DNA of 58,072 bases from Candidatus Woesearchaeota archaeon (GCA_964524105.1 CAZGBX010000005.1:3772-61843), one strand, 5' to 3'. Shown: positions 1-9,420, counted from the first letter of the stretch. Program-made: numbers and translations. The notes: generated from the sequence alone by a model not told the origin.

Positions 1-117
1 GTAACAATAAAACTAATAATAATCTCTTCATAAAATTGAAAACCACAAAGGATATTTAAAACTTACTTTAAAAACATATATAAACTATAAAAGAAGAATA
101 TTACTTGAGGTGATTAT

Positions 118-1407
118 TTGAATCCATTCAGAGCTTATGACATTAGAGGAGAAGTACCATACGAAGTAAACTCAGAATTAGCATACAGGGTGGGTAAAGC
201 ATTCTGCAAGTTCCTAAAACCAAAAACTGTTATGGTAGGTTATGACACAAGAGACTCTTCACCAAGACTTTTCAAATCATTAGTAAAAGGAATTAGATCA
301 CAAGGTGTAAATGTAATTTCATTAGGTTTAGTTACAACACCAATGTTCTATTATGCATTAAACTCACACAAAGTAGATGGTGGGATAATAGTAACATCAT
401 CACATTCCCCACTTAACACAAACGGATTAAAAATCTGTGGGAAAAGAGCAGTCTCCATTCATATGGAAAATGGATTAAACAAAATAAAAGAACTAAGTGA
501 AAAAAGCATTAAAGAAAAAAAGAAAGGAAAGCTAAAAAAACACAGAACATTTAGAGAATACTACCAGTACATCAAACCACAAGCAATAAAGTCTAAGATT
601 AAAATTGGTGTTGATGGAGCTAACATGTCTGGAGTTTTAGATTATAAGATCTTAAAGAAACTCTACAAAACAAAAGGGATCCATGTTAACATTAGGGCAA
701 CTAAACCTTATTTCTCTCCAAACCCAATGATCACATCAAACTTAAAGAACATTAAAGAGTTTGTTAAAAAGAAAAAATTAGACCTAGGTTTATTCTTTGA
801 TGGGGACTGTGACAGAGTTTTATTCATTGACGAAAAGGGAAAAGCAATACCCGCAGACATAATGTCAGCATTACTTATTGACAAATACAAATATAAAAAA
901 GTTCTAAAGGACCAACAATCAAGCCAAATTATTGATGAAGTTTGTAAAAAACATAAAACCAAACTCCTAAAAACAAGGATTGGCCACTCATTAGTTGACT
1001 CCAAACTTAATGCAACAAAATCAGACTTCGCATCAGAAAGATCAGGACATTTCTACTTCAAAGACTTCTTTTACAAAGATAATGGGCTACTAACAGCAAT
1101 TAAAGTAATAAACATCCTAGACAAACCATTGTCACAAACAATCAAACCATATCAGAAGTATTTCCATTCAGGAGAAATTAATTTCAAATCCAAACATAAA
1201 CAAGAGATTTTCAAGAAAATAGAAAAAATGTACAAAAATCACAAAATAGACAGATTCGACGGACTAAAAGTAACTACAAAATCACATTGGATCTACATAA
1301 GAAAATCAAAAACTCAAAACTTACTAAGGGTTAACATCGAAGCAAACACAAAAACAGAACTTAAGAAAGTTAAATCAAAGATAACTAAACTAATTAAAAG
1401 TTATTAA
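118..1407 (+). CDS. Phosphoglucomutase/phosphomannomutase family (alpha-D-phosphohexomutase)
   Basis: 429-aa ORF. N-terminal FRAYDIRG, phosphoserine loop TSSHSP and Mg-binding FDGDCDR. TTG start 5 nt after GAGGTGA. Confidence 0.85.
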   Translation: MNPFRAYDIRGEVPYEVNSELAYRVGKAFCKFLKPKTVMVGYDTRDSSPRLFKSLVKGIRSQGVNVISLGLVTTPMFYYALNSHKVDGGIIVTSSHSPLNTNGLKICGKRAVSIHMENGLNKIKELSEKSIKEKKKGKLKKHRTFREYYQYIKPQAIKSKIKIGVDGANMSGVLDYKILKKLYKTKGIHVNIRATKPYFSPNPMITSNLKNIKEFVKKKKLDLGLFFDGDCDRVLFIDEKGKAIPADIMSALLIDKYKYKKVLKDQQSSQIIDEVCKKHKTKLLKTRIGHSLVDSKLNATKSDFASERSGHFYFKDFFYKDNGLLTAIKVINILDKPLSQTIKPYQKYFHSGEINFKSKHKQEIFKKIEKMYKNHKIDRFDGLKVTTKSHWIYIRKSKTQNLLRVNIEANTKTELKKVKSKITKLIKSY

Positions 1408-1492
1408 CAAAATCAAAAAAACTAACAAAAAAAGAGAAATGTTTATATATGAATTAAAACCATATTTAAAAATACAAAAGGGGTTATACTAA

Positions 1493-2149
1493 TTGGAAAT
1501 GAAACAAGAACTACAGGGGATATTTCTAGAAAATACAAAACTGCCAATTGTTTCTATCAACATTAAAGGTGAAGTAACTCTTTGGAGTAAAGGAGCTGAA
1601 AAATTATTTGGTTATTCAAGAGAAGAAGTAATAAACACTCAAAAAAACATCTTAACTAAAGATAATGAAAACGAACTTCCTTTAGTTCTCCAAGGCTGCA
1701 CTGAACAAGGAAACTTCATTTACAAACTTCAACAAGAACATAAGAAAGGTTATCCAATTAATGTCCAAATAAGCTCAACCCCAATAAAAGAAAATGGGGA
1801 ACTAACTGGCATCCTAGCTGTTATCCAAAGCTCATCTTCTATTAAAAAATCTATCATGCTTAACTCATCTGAAGCTCAAAAAGAGACTAAAAGGACATTC
1901 AAAGTCATTAGGAACACAATCCTATCACACTTAACAAAAAGTAAAATGACAATCAACCAAATCTCAAACGGCACAAGTATTAACTGGAAAACAGTAGAAA
2001 AACATCTTACATACTTAATTGGAAAGAAATTAGTTGAAGAAGTTTTCAGTTCAGAGTACGTTAGAATCTTTGAATTAACAGAAAAAGGCAAAGAATACAT
2101 CACCACATTACAAAAAGAAACTCTAAACGACTATTTCAAAGTAGAATAA
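1493..2149 (+). CDS. PAS-domain protein with C-terminal winged-helix DNA-binding domain
   Basis: N-terminal PAS-like segment (GEVTLWSKGAEKLFGYSREEVI). C-terminal wHTH-like segment (MTINQISNGTSINWKTVEKHLTYLIGKKLV). The start could instead be the ATG at 1499. Confidence 0.6.
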   Translation: MEMKQELQGIFLENTKLPIVSINIKGEVTLWSKGAEKLFGYSREEVINTQKNILTKDNENELPLVLQGCTEQGNFIYKLQQEHKKGYPINVQISSTPIKENGELTGILAVIQSSSSIKKSIMLNSSEAQKETKRTFKVIRNTILSHLTKSKMTINQISNGTSINWKTVEKHLTYLIGKKLVEEVFSSEYVRIFELTEKGKEYITTLQKETLNDYFKVE

Positions 2150-2209
2150 TTCTATACGAAAGTATTATAAACAACTTAATGCAAATGTTTACTAACAAGG
2201 GGTGAGAAT

Positions 2210-2674
2210 TTGCCAAAAACTAATACTTTCATTAAGGTTCCAGAAAATAAAGCTTTCAAATTCCAGAACGGTGATTCCGCAAACAGTGTTGGACAGTTAT
2301 ACAAGAACATTAGAGGAATGAAAGACAAAGAGTTCTCTAGGTATTGTAATGATCATAAGAACGAATTTTACAACTGGATATTCGATGTTATCCAAGATAT
2401 TGAACTTTCAAAAGAAATGTTAGGTTGTACTTCAAGAAAAGTCATGATTGACACAATGCGAAGTTACTTTGAAACAATAACTAAACCATCAACACCAAAA
2501 GTATTACAAAAGAAGAAAGGTAGACCAACAACACAAAGAATAACAAAAAAACCAGAGAGTATATTAAACAAAGTCTTAAACTTAAGACCAAAAAGAGAAT
2601 ACAAACAAGCTTCAGCATCACACAGAGACACAATACTAAAAGACTTAAAAGAGGTTTACAAAATTGGCAGGTAA
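2210..2674 (+). CDS. Hypothetical protein, overlaps and is probably co-translated with the MinD/ParA gene
   Basis: 154-aa ORF. TTG start 5 nt after AGGGGTGA. 11-nt overlap with the downstream ATPase gene. No family recognised with confidence. Confidence 0.5.
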   Translation: MPKTNTFIKVPENKAFKFQNGDSANSVGQLYKNIRGMKDKEFSRYCNDHKNEFYNWIFDVIQDIELSKEMLGCTSRKVMIDTMRSYFETITKPSTPKVLQKKKGRPTTQRITKKPESILNKVLNLRPKREYKQASASHRDTILKDLKEVYKIGR

Positions 2675-3473
2675 GATAATTGGAGTTATCTCTATCAAAG
2701 GGGGAGTAGGTAAAACTACTACAGTTTCTAACCTAGCTGCTGCTTTAACCCATGATTTTGGAAAGAAAGTCTTAGCTGTTGATGCTAACTTCACATCACC
2801 AAACTTAGGATTACATTTAGGATTAACCAACCCAAAACCAAACTTACACTCAGTCCTAGCTAACAAGTCTTTAGTTAAAGAAGCTATCTACCACCATGAC
2901 TATGGGTTTGACATATTACCAACATCATTAATCAATTATCAGATCAACCCATTCATGCTTAAAAGTAAGATTGGAAGCTTAAAGAAAAACTATGATTATA
3001 TCTTGATTGACTCATCTCCGAACTTAAACACAGAGATGCTTTCAACAATCCTAACTTCAGACGAGATTGTTGTTGTCTCAACACCAGACTACCCTACTTT
3101 ATCCTGTACATTAAAGGCAGTTAAAGTTGCTAAAGCTAAAAAAACAATAATCAAAGGAATTGTAATAAACAAAGTAAAAGACAAACACTACGAGTTAAAC
3201 GTTGAAGATATCGAGAAATCCACAGGAGTTCCAGTTATTGGAGTTATCAAAGACAACAATAGAGTAGTAGAATCATTATCCCATGTAACACCAGTATCAT
3301 TGTTTAGCCCAGTAAGTAACCCTTCTATTGGATTCAAAACTACTGCAGCAATAATCTCAGAATCATTTTATAAGAAACCCGGTGCAATTAAAAGAACATT
3401 TAACAACGTAAAAGAAAAAGTAGACAACGTAAAGAATCATAATTTTAGTTCTGGTTTATCATACCACAGGTAA
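2664..3473 (+). CDS. MinD/ParA-family P-loop ATPase
   Basis: Deviant Walker A ISIKGGVGKTTT, followed by VLAVDAN and LIDSSP motifs typical of MinD/ParA/Mrp. Confidence 0.85.
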   Translation: MAGKIIGVISIKGGVGKTTTVSNLAAALTHDFGKKVLAVDANFTSPNLGLHLGLTNPKPNLHSVLANKSLVKEAIYHHDYGFDILPTSLINYQINPFMLKSKIGSLKKNYDYILIDSSPNLNTEMLSTILTSDEIVVVSTPDYPTLSCTLKAVKVAKAKKTIIKGIVINKVKDKHYELNVEDIEKSTGVPVIGVIKDNNRVVESLSHVTPVSLFSPVSNPSIGFKTTAAIISESFYKKPGAIKRTFNNVKEKVDNVKNHNFSSGLSYHR

Positions 3474-3593
3474 AGCACAAAGTAATTATTATCCAATTAC
3501 AAAAAGATAGCACTATATTTATTTTAGTACAAATTAATTATAACAAAACATACAAATATATTTAAACAAAGTTCTTCATGAAAAACCAAGGAG

Positions 3594-3731
3594 GTGTTAA
3601 GAATTATTTGTGAGTGTTGCGGCGCAAAAAAAGAGTTAATGGTGGTTAATGATGAGGATGGCGAAAGGCTAAACTTATGTGAAAACTGTTACAACTTTTC
3701 AGCCCATAACTATGAATTACAAGCAAATTAG
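3594..3731 (+). CDS. Candidate 45-aa zinc-ribbon mini-protein (CxCC...CxxC)
   Basis: Manual translation gives VLRIICECCGAKKELMVVNDEDGERLNLCENCYNFSAHNYELQAN. TATTTAAA lies at 3559-3566 and AAGGAGGTG overlaps the GTG. Below the ORF-track length cutoff. Confidence 0.35.
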   Translation: MLRIICECCGAKKELMVVNDEDGERLNLCENCYNFSAHNYELQAN

Positions 3732-3782
3732 CTCTTTATAAAAACAAAAGAGTTCCCAATAGGGGACACCATTCTAAATTGT

Positions 3783-5276
3783 TCAGAACAACTTCCCAAA
3801 ATCTTTCAATTGTTTTCCAGAATATAACAATCCATGGAAGATCATTGTTAAATCATCAATCTTCACTCTAACTTGCTTTGAAGAATCCCTGTCTCTAATT
3901 GTCACACACTTATCCCTTAAAGAATCAAAATCATAAGCAATACAATAAGGCACTCCAACTTCATCTGCCCTAGCATACCTTCTACCAACTGAACCACTTT
4001 CATCCCAGATACAATTAAAGTGTTGTTTCAAAATTTCATGCACTTTCTTAGCATCTTTACTCAACTTCTTAACTAATGGATAAACCGCAATTTTGTAAGG
4101 TGCTAACTTAGGATGTAACTTTAGAACCACATTCCCTCTTTTCTTATCATCATTATAAGCATCAAACATAAACACTAAAAATGCCCTTCCAACACCTAAT
4201 GAAGGTTCAGCTACAACATGAGGGATAACTTTCTTTCCATTTTCATCCATTACAAACAGATTCTTCTTAGAATGCTTTATGTGCTGCTTTAAATCATAAT
4301 CTGCCCTATCGGCTATCCCTTGTAACTCTTTCCAACCATTAGGGAAATTATACTCTATATCCCAACAATCAGTAGAATAATGAGCAAGCTCTTTTGCATT
4401 GTGTTGCCTTAATCTAAACTTCTTTGGATTACATCCAAGATCAGTAAACCACAAGAAAGACTTCGCTAACCAATAAGCATGCCACTCTGACTTCATTATC
4501 TTCTTACTCAAGATCTGCTTTACTTTCATTGCTTTATGTGTCTTCATTCTAGCAGACCTTACTTGAATCTCAACATCTAAAACTTCCTTTATCCAAGAAC
4601 ACTTCTTCATCCTAGGATTAACAAAGTACTCAATCTCCATTTGCTCAAACTCTCTTGCTCTAAACAAGAAATTCCTTGGACTAATCTCATTTCTAAAAGC
4701 TTTTCCAGTCTGTGCGATTCCAAAAGGCAATTTCAATCTAGCATTATTAACTACAGATTGGAAATCAGAGAATATCACTTGAGCAGTTTCTCCCCTTAAG
4801 TAACCTTTTCCACCATCACCCAAAGTCACAGGAAACATTAAGTTAAAGTCACTACACTTGTTAAACTCACCCTTACACTTTGGACACTTTAATCTATTCT
4901 GAGTAACTAACATATTAACTTCATCAGAACTTACCCCATCATACTCTTTCTTCAGTTTATCTTCCAAGAAAGTATCTGCTCTAAGACTTTTCTTACATTT
5001 CTTACAATCTAACATTAAATCAGAAAAAGATGACAAATGCCCTGAAGCTTTCCAAATTCCTTCATGAGTAATTATTGCTCCATCAATCCCAACAACATCA
5101 TCTCTAAGTTGAACATGAGTCTTCCACCATTCTTTCTTAATATTATTTTTCAAGTCAACACCATTAGGTCCAAAATCAAACATTCCAGCTAGTCCACCAT
5201 ACAACTCTGATCCAGAATACACAAAACCTTTTTTCTTACAGAACGCAGCCATCTCATCAATGGTTATTTTCACCAT
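3783..5276 (-). CDS. glyS: Glycyl-tRNA synthetase (archaeal/eukaryal alpha2 type)
   Basis: Class II aaRS motifs, conserved GFVYSGSELYGG and the CKKCKK...CPKCKG insertion. The ORF runs to 5315, but the ATG at 5276 (MVKITIDE) lies 23 nt from the TATA box at 5299-5306. Confidence 0.93.
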   Translation of the reverse strand: MVKITIDEMAAFCKKKGFVYSGSELYGGLAGMFDFGPNGVDLKNNIKKEWWKTHVQLRDDVVGIDGAIITHEGIWKASGHLSSFSDLMLDCKKCKKSLRADTFLEDKLKKEYDGVSSDEVNMLVTQNRLKCPKCKGEFNKCSDFNLMFPVTLGDGGKGYLRGETAQVIFSDFQSVVNNARLKLPFGIAQTGKAFRNEISPRNFLFRAREFEQMEIEYFVNPRMKKCSWIKEVLDVEIQVRSARMKTHKAMKVKQILSKKIMKSEWHAYWLAKSFLWFTDLGCNPKKFRLRQHNAKELAHYSTDCWDIEYNFPNGWKELQGIADRADYDLKQHIKHSKKNLFVMDENGKKVIPHVVAEPSLGVGRAFLVFMFDAYNDDKKRGNVVLKLHPKLAPYKIAVYPLVKKLSKDAKKVHEILKQHFNCIWDESGSVGRRYARADEVGVPYCIAYDFDSLRDKCVTIRDRDSSKQVRVKIDDLTMIFHGLLYSGKQLKDFGKLF

Positions 5277-5298
5277 AACCTTATTCAAACCATCTCCC

Positions 5299-5306
5299 TT
5301 TATAAA
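5299..5306. promoter_or_regulatory. Shared palindromic TATA box (TTTATAAA) for divergent glyS and dph2
   Basis: The octamer is its own reverse complement. It lies 23 nt from the ATG at 5329 (+) and 23 nt from the ATG at 5276 (-). Confidence 0.5.
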
Positions 5307-5328
5307 TTTTCTCAAAATTCCTTGAAAT

Positions 5329-6306
5329 ATGGATTTCGACTTTCAAGATCAAAAAGTAATTTCAGAGATTGAAAAACTAAACGCTAAGAAAGTTCTAGTA
5401 CAATTACCAGAGGGGATTAAGAAAGAAGCTTTAAGAATTGTCCAAACTTTAGAAAAAACTGGAGCAGAGATTATAGTTTCTGGAGAAACCTGTTGGGGTG
5501 GTTGTGATGTTTCAATTAACGAAGCTAAAGAACTTAGTGTAGATTTGATAGTACACTATGGCCATGTTCCTTTCAGAGAATTTGACTTCAAGAACATCCT
5601 TTATATTCCCTGTTATGATAACACAGACTTAACACCCTTACTTAAGAAATCATTAGAAGACTTAAAAGAGTTTCAAAAAATAGCTTTAGTCTCATCCATA
5701 CAACACATTAAGAAACTAGAATCAACAAAGAAGTTCCTAGAAGAAAACAATAAAGAAGTTATAATCCCAAATAAGAAAGGGGTTTCACATTCAGGGGGTC
5801 ATGTCTTAGGTTGTGAATTCTCACTACTAAAAGAATTAGATTATGATGCAGTCCTAGTTTTAGGTAACAGGTTTCATTCTTTAGGTGCTTCTCTGGCCCA
5901 AGAAAAGAACGTTTACTTAGTTGACGTTTACAACAATGAGATTAAATTAATGAATGAACTAAGAGACATTATTATCAGACAAAGGTTTGCATCAATAGAA
6001 AAAGCAAAACAAGCTAAAAAAATAGGTATAATTTTAGGAACAAAACCAGGACAGAAGTTTGGTTCAGCAGAAATCCTTAAAAGACAACTAAAGGACAAAG
6101 AAGTTATTGTGTTAACAATGTCAGAGATTACCCCAGATAAGTTACTTTCATTCTATAATATCGAAGCGTTTATTGAATTAGCATGCCCAAGAATTGCAAT
6201 TGAAGATTACGAGAAGTACAGGAAACCAATCTTAACTTTCAAAGAAGCAATGGTATTAACAGGACATTATTCTTGGGAAGAATTACTTAAACAAGGTTTA
6301 CTTTGA
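5329..6306 (+). CDS. dph2: Diphthamide synthesis protein Dph2 (2-(3-amino-3-carboxypropyl)histidine synthase)
   Basis: 325 aa. N-terminal VLVQLPEGIKKEA...GETCWGGCD...IVHYGH matches the archaeal Dph2 layout. Confidence 0.85.
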   Translation: MDFDFQDQKVISEIEKLNAKKVLVQLPEGIKKEALRIVQTLEKTGAEIIVSGETCWGGCDVSINEAKELSVDLIVHYGHVPFREFDFKNILYIPCYDNTDLTPLLKKSLEDLKEFQKIALVSSIQHIKKLESTKKFLEENNKEVIIPNKKGVSHSGGHVLGCEFSLLKELDYDAVLVLGNRFHSLGASLAQEKNVYLVDVYNNEIKLMNELRDIIIRQRFASIEKAKQAKKIGIILGTKPGQKFGSAEILKRQLKDKEVIVLTMSEITPDKLLSFYNIEAFIELACPRIAIEDYEKYRKPILTFKEAMVLTGHYSWEELLKQGLL

Positions 6307-6831
6307 TTTCTTAACCTTCAATTTAGAAACAACAGCTTTCTCAGATATAATTGCAGAGTTCCCAGTGGGATCTTCAATAACCATTTTAACTTTCTCATCA
6401 CCAGACTCAATCTTCCTCATTCTTTTCAAAAGATTCTTTGCTTTCTTCCTTATCTTTGGATCTTCAGCATTATCTCTTTGTTGTTCCAAGATTTTCTTAA
6501 ATCTATTTAGTATCCCTTCCACATTAGTTACATATCCATTTGATGCTACTGCAGGCTCAACTGACATTCTCAAACTAGGAATCTTAACTGTTGCTTGAGA
6601 ACTTTTCACAATTCTAACTTTTAGATCATCAGATTTCTGAATTTCAAATTCAATCTTACAAGGCTCTTTGTTATCAACAGCTTCAACATCAGCTTGATGA
6701 TATCCACAACAACCACAATTAACAGAAAATATAAAACACTTTCCAAAGTAAGGAATTTCATGCTCATTCTCAATCATTGAGAGCTCCTTCTTCTTACACA
6801 TCGGACACTCTTGTTTTGTTAACTCTGCCAT
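6298..6831 (-). CDS. ZPR1-type zinc-finger protein
   Basis: CPMCKKK...EIPYFG...CGCCGY zinc-finger module followed by the ZPR1 beta domain. 177 aa, as in archaeal ZPR1 homologs. Confidence 0.8.
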   Translation of the reverse strand: MAELTKQECPMCKKKELSMIENEHEIPYFGKCFIFSVNCGCCGYHQADVEAVDNKEPCKIEFEIQKSDDLKVRIVKSSQATVKIPSLRMSVEPAVASNGYVTNVEGILNRFKKILEQQRDNAEDPKIRKKAKNLLKRMRKIESGDEKVKMVIEDPTGNSAIISEKAVVSKLKVKKSK

Positions 6832-6893
6832 ATAAAAAATAAAAACCCAGAAAGATATTTAAAGCTTATTAAAATAAAAAAAGAAAGTACAGC

Positions 6894-7979
6894 TTAAAGC
6901 TGCACTATTTCTCCATCTTTATAAGTATAGATTGTCTCCTTCCAACTTCTAGATATTTGATCTTCATCCATACTGATCGTACCAGACACCCCTTCAAAAC
7001 CTTGTAAAGACTTTAATCCATCTTTTGTACACTCAACATCTTCACATTGCTTCAAAGTTTCACCTAATACAGACATCGCATCATACCCAGCTGCAACAAA
7101 CAGCACGTTCTCAGGTTCTTTTCCATACTTCTTTTCATAAGCTTCAAGCATTTTAACATACTTTTCACTATCTCCTTCCCAAAAAGAAAAGATCAAACCT
7201 TCATACTCTCCAGCATAAGTTCTAAAACCTTCACTTGCAAAAGTATCAATTCCAAGTATAGTTGGCTCCAAACCCATTTCATGGATTTGTTTTACAATTA
7301 ACCCAGTCTCTTCCCAACCAAGTAAAACTACATGATCATATGAAGACACCTTAGTTAATGAAGTTCTGAAATCCTTAGTTGCAAAAGTAAACTCTTCGAA
7401 CTGAACTTCTCCATCATACCTTTCACTGAAAGCATCTTTAAGTAAAAGCATGAACGGATCTTCGATGTTCATTATTACAGCAACTTCTTCAACACCTTCC
7501 TCATCCAAGTAATCAGCTAAAGCATAAGCTATACTTTCATCATACAATCCTATAGCGAAAGCACTATCACTTAACCCAGCTAACTCCTCACTTGTATCAA
7601 GAGAGTCTAATAGTATAACCCCATCTTGTTCTGACCTCTCAGCTAAAGCTAAGAACCCACCATAAGTTACAGTCATTACATAATCCACACCTTGAACTTG
7701 AGTCAGTTGTTGATATTGTGCTATAGTTTGTTTATCATCCATCTGATCATCTTGAACTAAAAGCTCAATCTGCATTCCCTGAGCATTCAACTCATCCACT
7801 GCTAACTGGACACCCCTCAAATCCTCTTCTCCAATAATAGCAGAATCACCAGTCAAAGGACCGATAAATCCCACTCTCACTACGTCATCACTTGTTATCT
7901 CTGAAGTACCAAATACTACAATCAAAGCTATTACAGCTAAGATCACAATCAGTACTCCCGCAATCATTTTTCTTGTCAT
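6894..7979 (-). CDS. Membrane-anchored periplasmic-binding-protein type I (LivJ/LivK-like) solute-binding protein, very acidic
   Basis: VRVGFIGPLTGDSAIIGEEDLRGVQLAVDELN is typical of branched-chain amino-acid-type solute-binding proteins. N-terminal TM anchor MTRKMIAGVLIVILAVIALIVVFG. GGGGAG SD precedes the ATG at 7979; the ORF track extends to 8036. No ABC permease or ATPase gene is nearby. Confidence 0.8.
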   Translation of the reverse strand: MTRKMIAGVLIVILAVIALIVVFGTSEITSDDVVRVGFIGPLTGDSAIIGEEDLRGVQLAVDELNAQGMQIELLVQDDQMDDKQTIAQYQQLTQVQGVDYVMTVTYGGFLALAERSEQDGVILLDSLDTSEELAGLSDSAFAIGLYDESIAYALADYLDEEGVEEVAVIMNIEDPFMLLLKDAFSERYDGEVQFEEFTFATKDFRTSLTKVSSYDHVVLLGWEETGLIVKQIHEMGLEPTILGIDTFASEGFRTYAGEYEGLIFSFWEGDSEKYVKMLEAYEKKYGKEPENVLFVAAGYDAMSVLGETLKQCEDVECTKDGLKSLQGFEGVSGTISMDEDQISRSWKETIYTYKDGEIVQL

Positions 7980-8069
7980 TTTTATTTCTCCCCTTTCGTG
8001 GCCATAACCACAAATACTAATCCACCCTGACAACACTTAAACTTTTGTCGCACCCCACAGTACGAAAGG

Positions 8070-8077
8070 TTTATAAA
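8070..8077 (+). promoter_or_regulatory. TATA box (TTTATAAA) for the trmB-like gene
   Basis: Its 3' end is 23 nt upstream of the ATG at 8100. Confidence 0.45.
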
Positions 8078-8099
8078 AACAAGTACTAACCTAATAACT

Positions 8100-8819
8100 A
8101 TGGTCAAAGAAATGCTAAAGGAATTGGGACTTACAGATAACGAAGTAAGAATATATTTACTTTTATTAAAAGAAGGTACTATGAATCCTACTTCAATAGC
8201 AGAAAAACTAAGTCTACACAGAGGTTACACATATGATGCACTAGAAAGAATGCTAGACAAAGGAGTTATTAATTCAATATTACAAAACAACAAAAAACAT
8301 TACCAAGCAACAAGCCCTAAAAACTTAGTTGAAATCTTAAAATTAAAACTAGAAAACTTCAAGAGCATTGTCCCAGAACTTATGCAATTAAGTAAAAACA
8401 AAAAAGAACCAACCAAAGTTGAACTTCACAAAGGAAAAAGAGTTTACAGAACTTTACTAAAAGACATTATAGCAACAGTAGAAAAAAACGATAAAATCTT
8501 ATTAATCGGAGTTAATGAAAAAGAACTAATGACAGAAGTAGAACCAATCTACTTGAAACAATACTTAAACATGATTCCAACAAGAAACATAAAAGAAAAA
8601 ATAATACTAAAAAAAGGAATTCACAGATCAAACTTCAAGAATGTCCAATACAAAGAGATTGACGAAAAATACATTGGTAACACAGAACAATGTATCTATG
8701 GAAACAAAGTTGCTTTATTCATAACAGGAGAACCACATTATTTAGTCCTAATAGAAAACAAAGAAGTTGCAGAAACTTACAAGAAACAATTTCAATTACT
8801 ATGGAAGGTAGCTAATTAA
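8100..8819 (+). CDS. TrmB-family transcriptional regulator
   Basis: N-terminal LGLTDNEVRIYLLLLKEGTMNPTSIAEKLSLHRGYTYDALERMLDKGV is the TrmB wHTH signature. Confidence 0.8.
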   Translation: MVKEMLKELGLTDNEVRIYLLLLKEGTMNPTSIAEKLSLHRGYTYDALERMLDKGVINSILQNNKKHYQATSPKNLVEILKLKLENFKSIVPELMQLSKNKKEPTKVELHKGKRVYRTLLKDIIATVEKNDKILLIGVNEKELMTEVEPIYLKQYLNMIPTRNIKEKIILKKGIHRSNFKNVQYKEIDEKYIGNTEQCIYGNKVALFITGEPHYLVLIENKEVAETYKKQFQLLWKVAN

Positions 8820-8974
8820 AAACCACACCAAATCAACTTAGACCAGAAGTTAGTCTCTTTAGCATAACCGACCAAACCACTAGTCAGACAATCTTCCCAA
8901 AGAGGTAAAAAAGAAACTATCAATAATATTACTAAAACTACAATCAACCAGAACCACCATTTCTTCCAAATCAT
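8816..8974 (-). CDS. Candidate 52-aa single-pass membrane mini-protein downstream of sepF
   Basis: Manual translation gives MIWKKWWFWLIVVLVILLIVSFLPLWEDCLTSGLVGYAKETNFWSKLIWCGF. TTTAAATA lies ~22 nt upstream. Below the ORF-track cutoff. Confidence 0.35.
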   Translation of the reverse strand: MIWKKWWFWLIVVLVILLIVSFLPLWEDCLTSGLVGYAKETNFWSKLIWCGF

Positions 8975-9005
8975 AAAATAAAAATATAGAAACTAATATT
9001 TAAAA

Positions 9006-9395
9006 CTAATCCTCAAATCCAGGACCATCAGTCCTAAACACAGAAGCAAAAGAAGGACAAACTACAATCCAATCTTCACCAAACCCAGCAATGTCACCTT
9101 CAATAGCATCACAAGTTTTCTTTAATTTGTTAATAACTCTTTTCAACTCAACTAAATCCTTATCTTTAAGTGCCCGAATATTAATCAAGCCAACAGTGTA
9201 ACCTGCTCTCAAAGAATCTAGTACAGGTTTAATATCTGTAAAATCTTCAACAACAAAAGGTCTAATTTGTACTTTAGCCTTAGGCATCCTTGAGGATTCT
9301 GCATCTATTTCAATATAATCATCATCAAACTCATCTGGAACTGTTTGAGAAAACTTACCACCCAGACTTGCCCTAATCTTATCTAATGCACCCAT
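9006..9395 (-). CDS. sepF: Cell division protein SepF
   Basis: SepF/DUF552 core VQIRPFVVEDFTDIKPVLDSLRAGYTVGLINIRALKDKD...IEGDIAGFGEDWIVVCP. The ATG at 9395 (MGALDK) is ~25 nt from TTTAAATA (9421-9428). The ORF track extends to 9431. Confidence 0.8.
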   Translation of the reverse strand: MGALDKIRASLGGKFSQTVPDEFDDDYIEIDAESSRMPKAKVQIRPFVVEDFTDIKPVLDSLRAGYTVGLINIRALKDKDLVELKRVINKLKKTCDAIEGDIAGFGEDWIVVCPSFASVFRTDGPGFED

Positions 9396-9420
9396 AGTAC
9401 TATAATAAGTAGAAAGGTTG

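Noticed and set aside
5277-5315. N-terminal extensions of the longest ORFs. These are glyS to 5315, the solute-binding protein to 8036, sepF to 9431, cysS from 12662, the orphan ORF to 16847, tfb to 40731 and the small ORF to 39833.
   Set aside because: The extensions contain the TATA boxes themselves or start at GTG/TTG without an SD. Internal ATGs fit the 22-25 nt TATA spacing and the expected N-termini.
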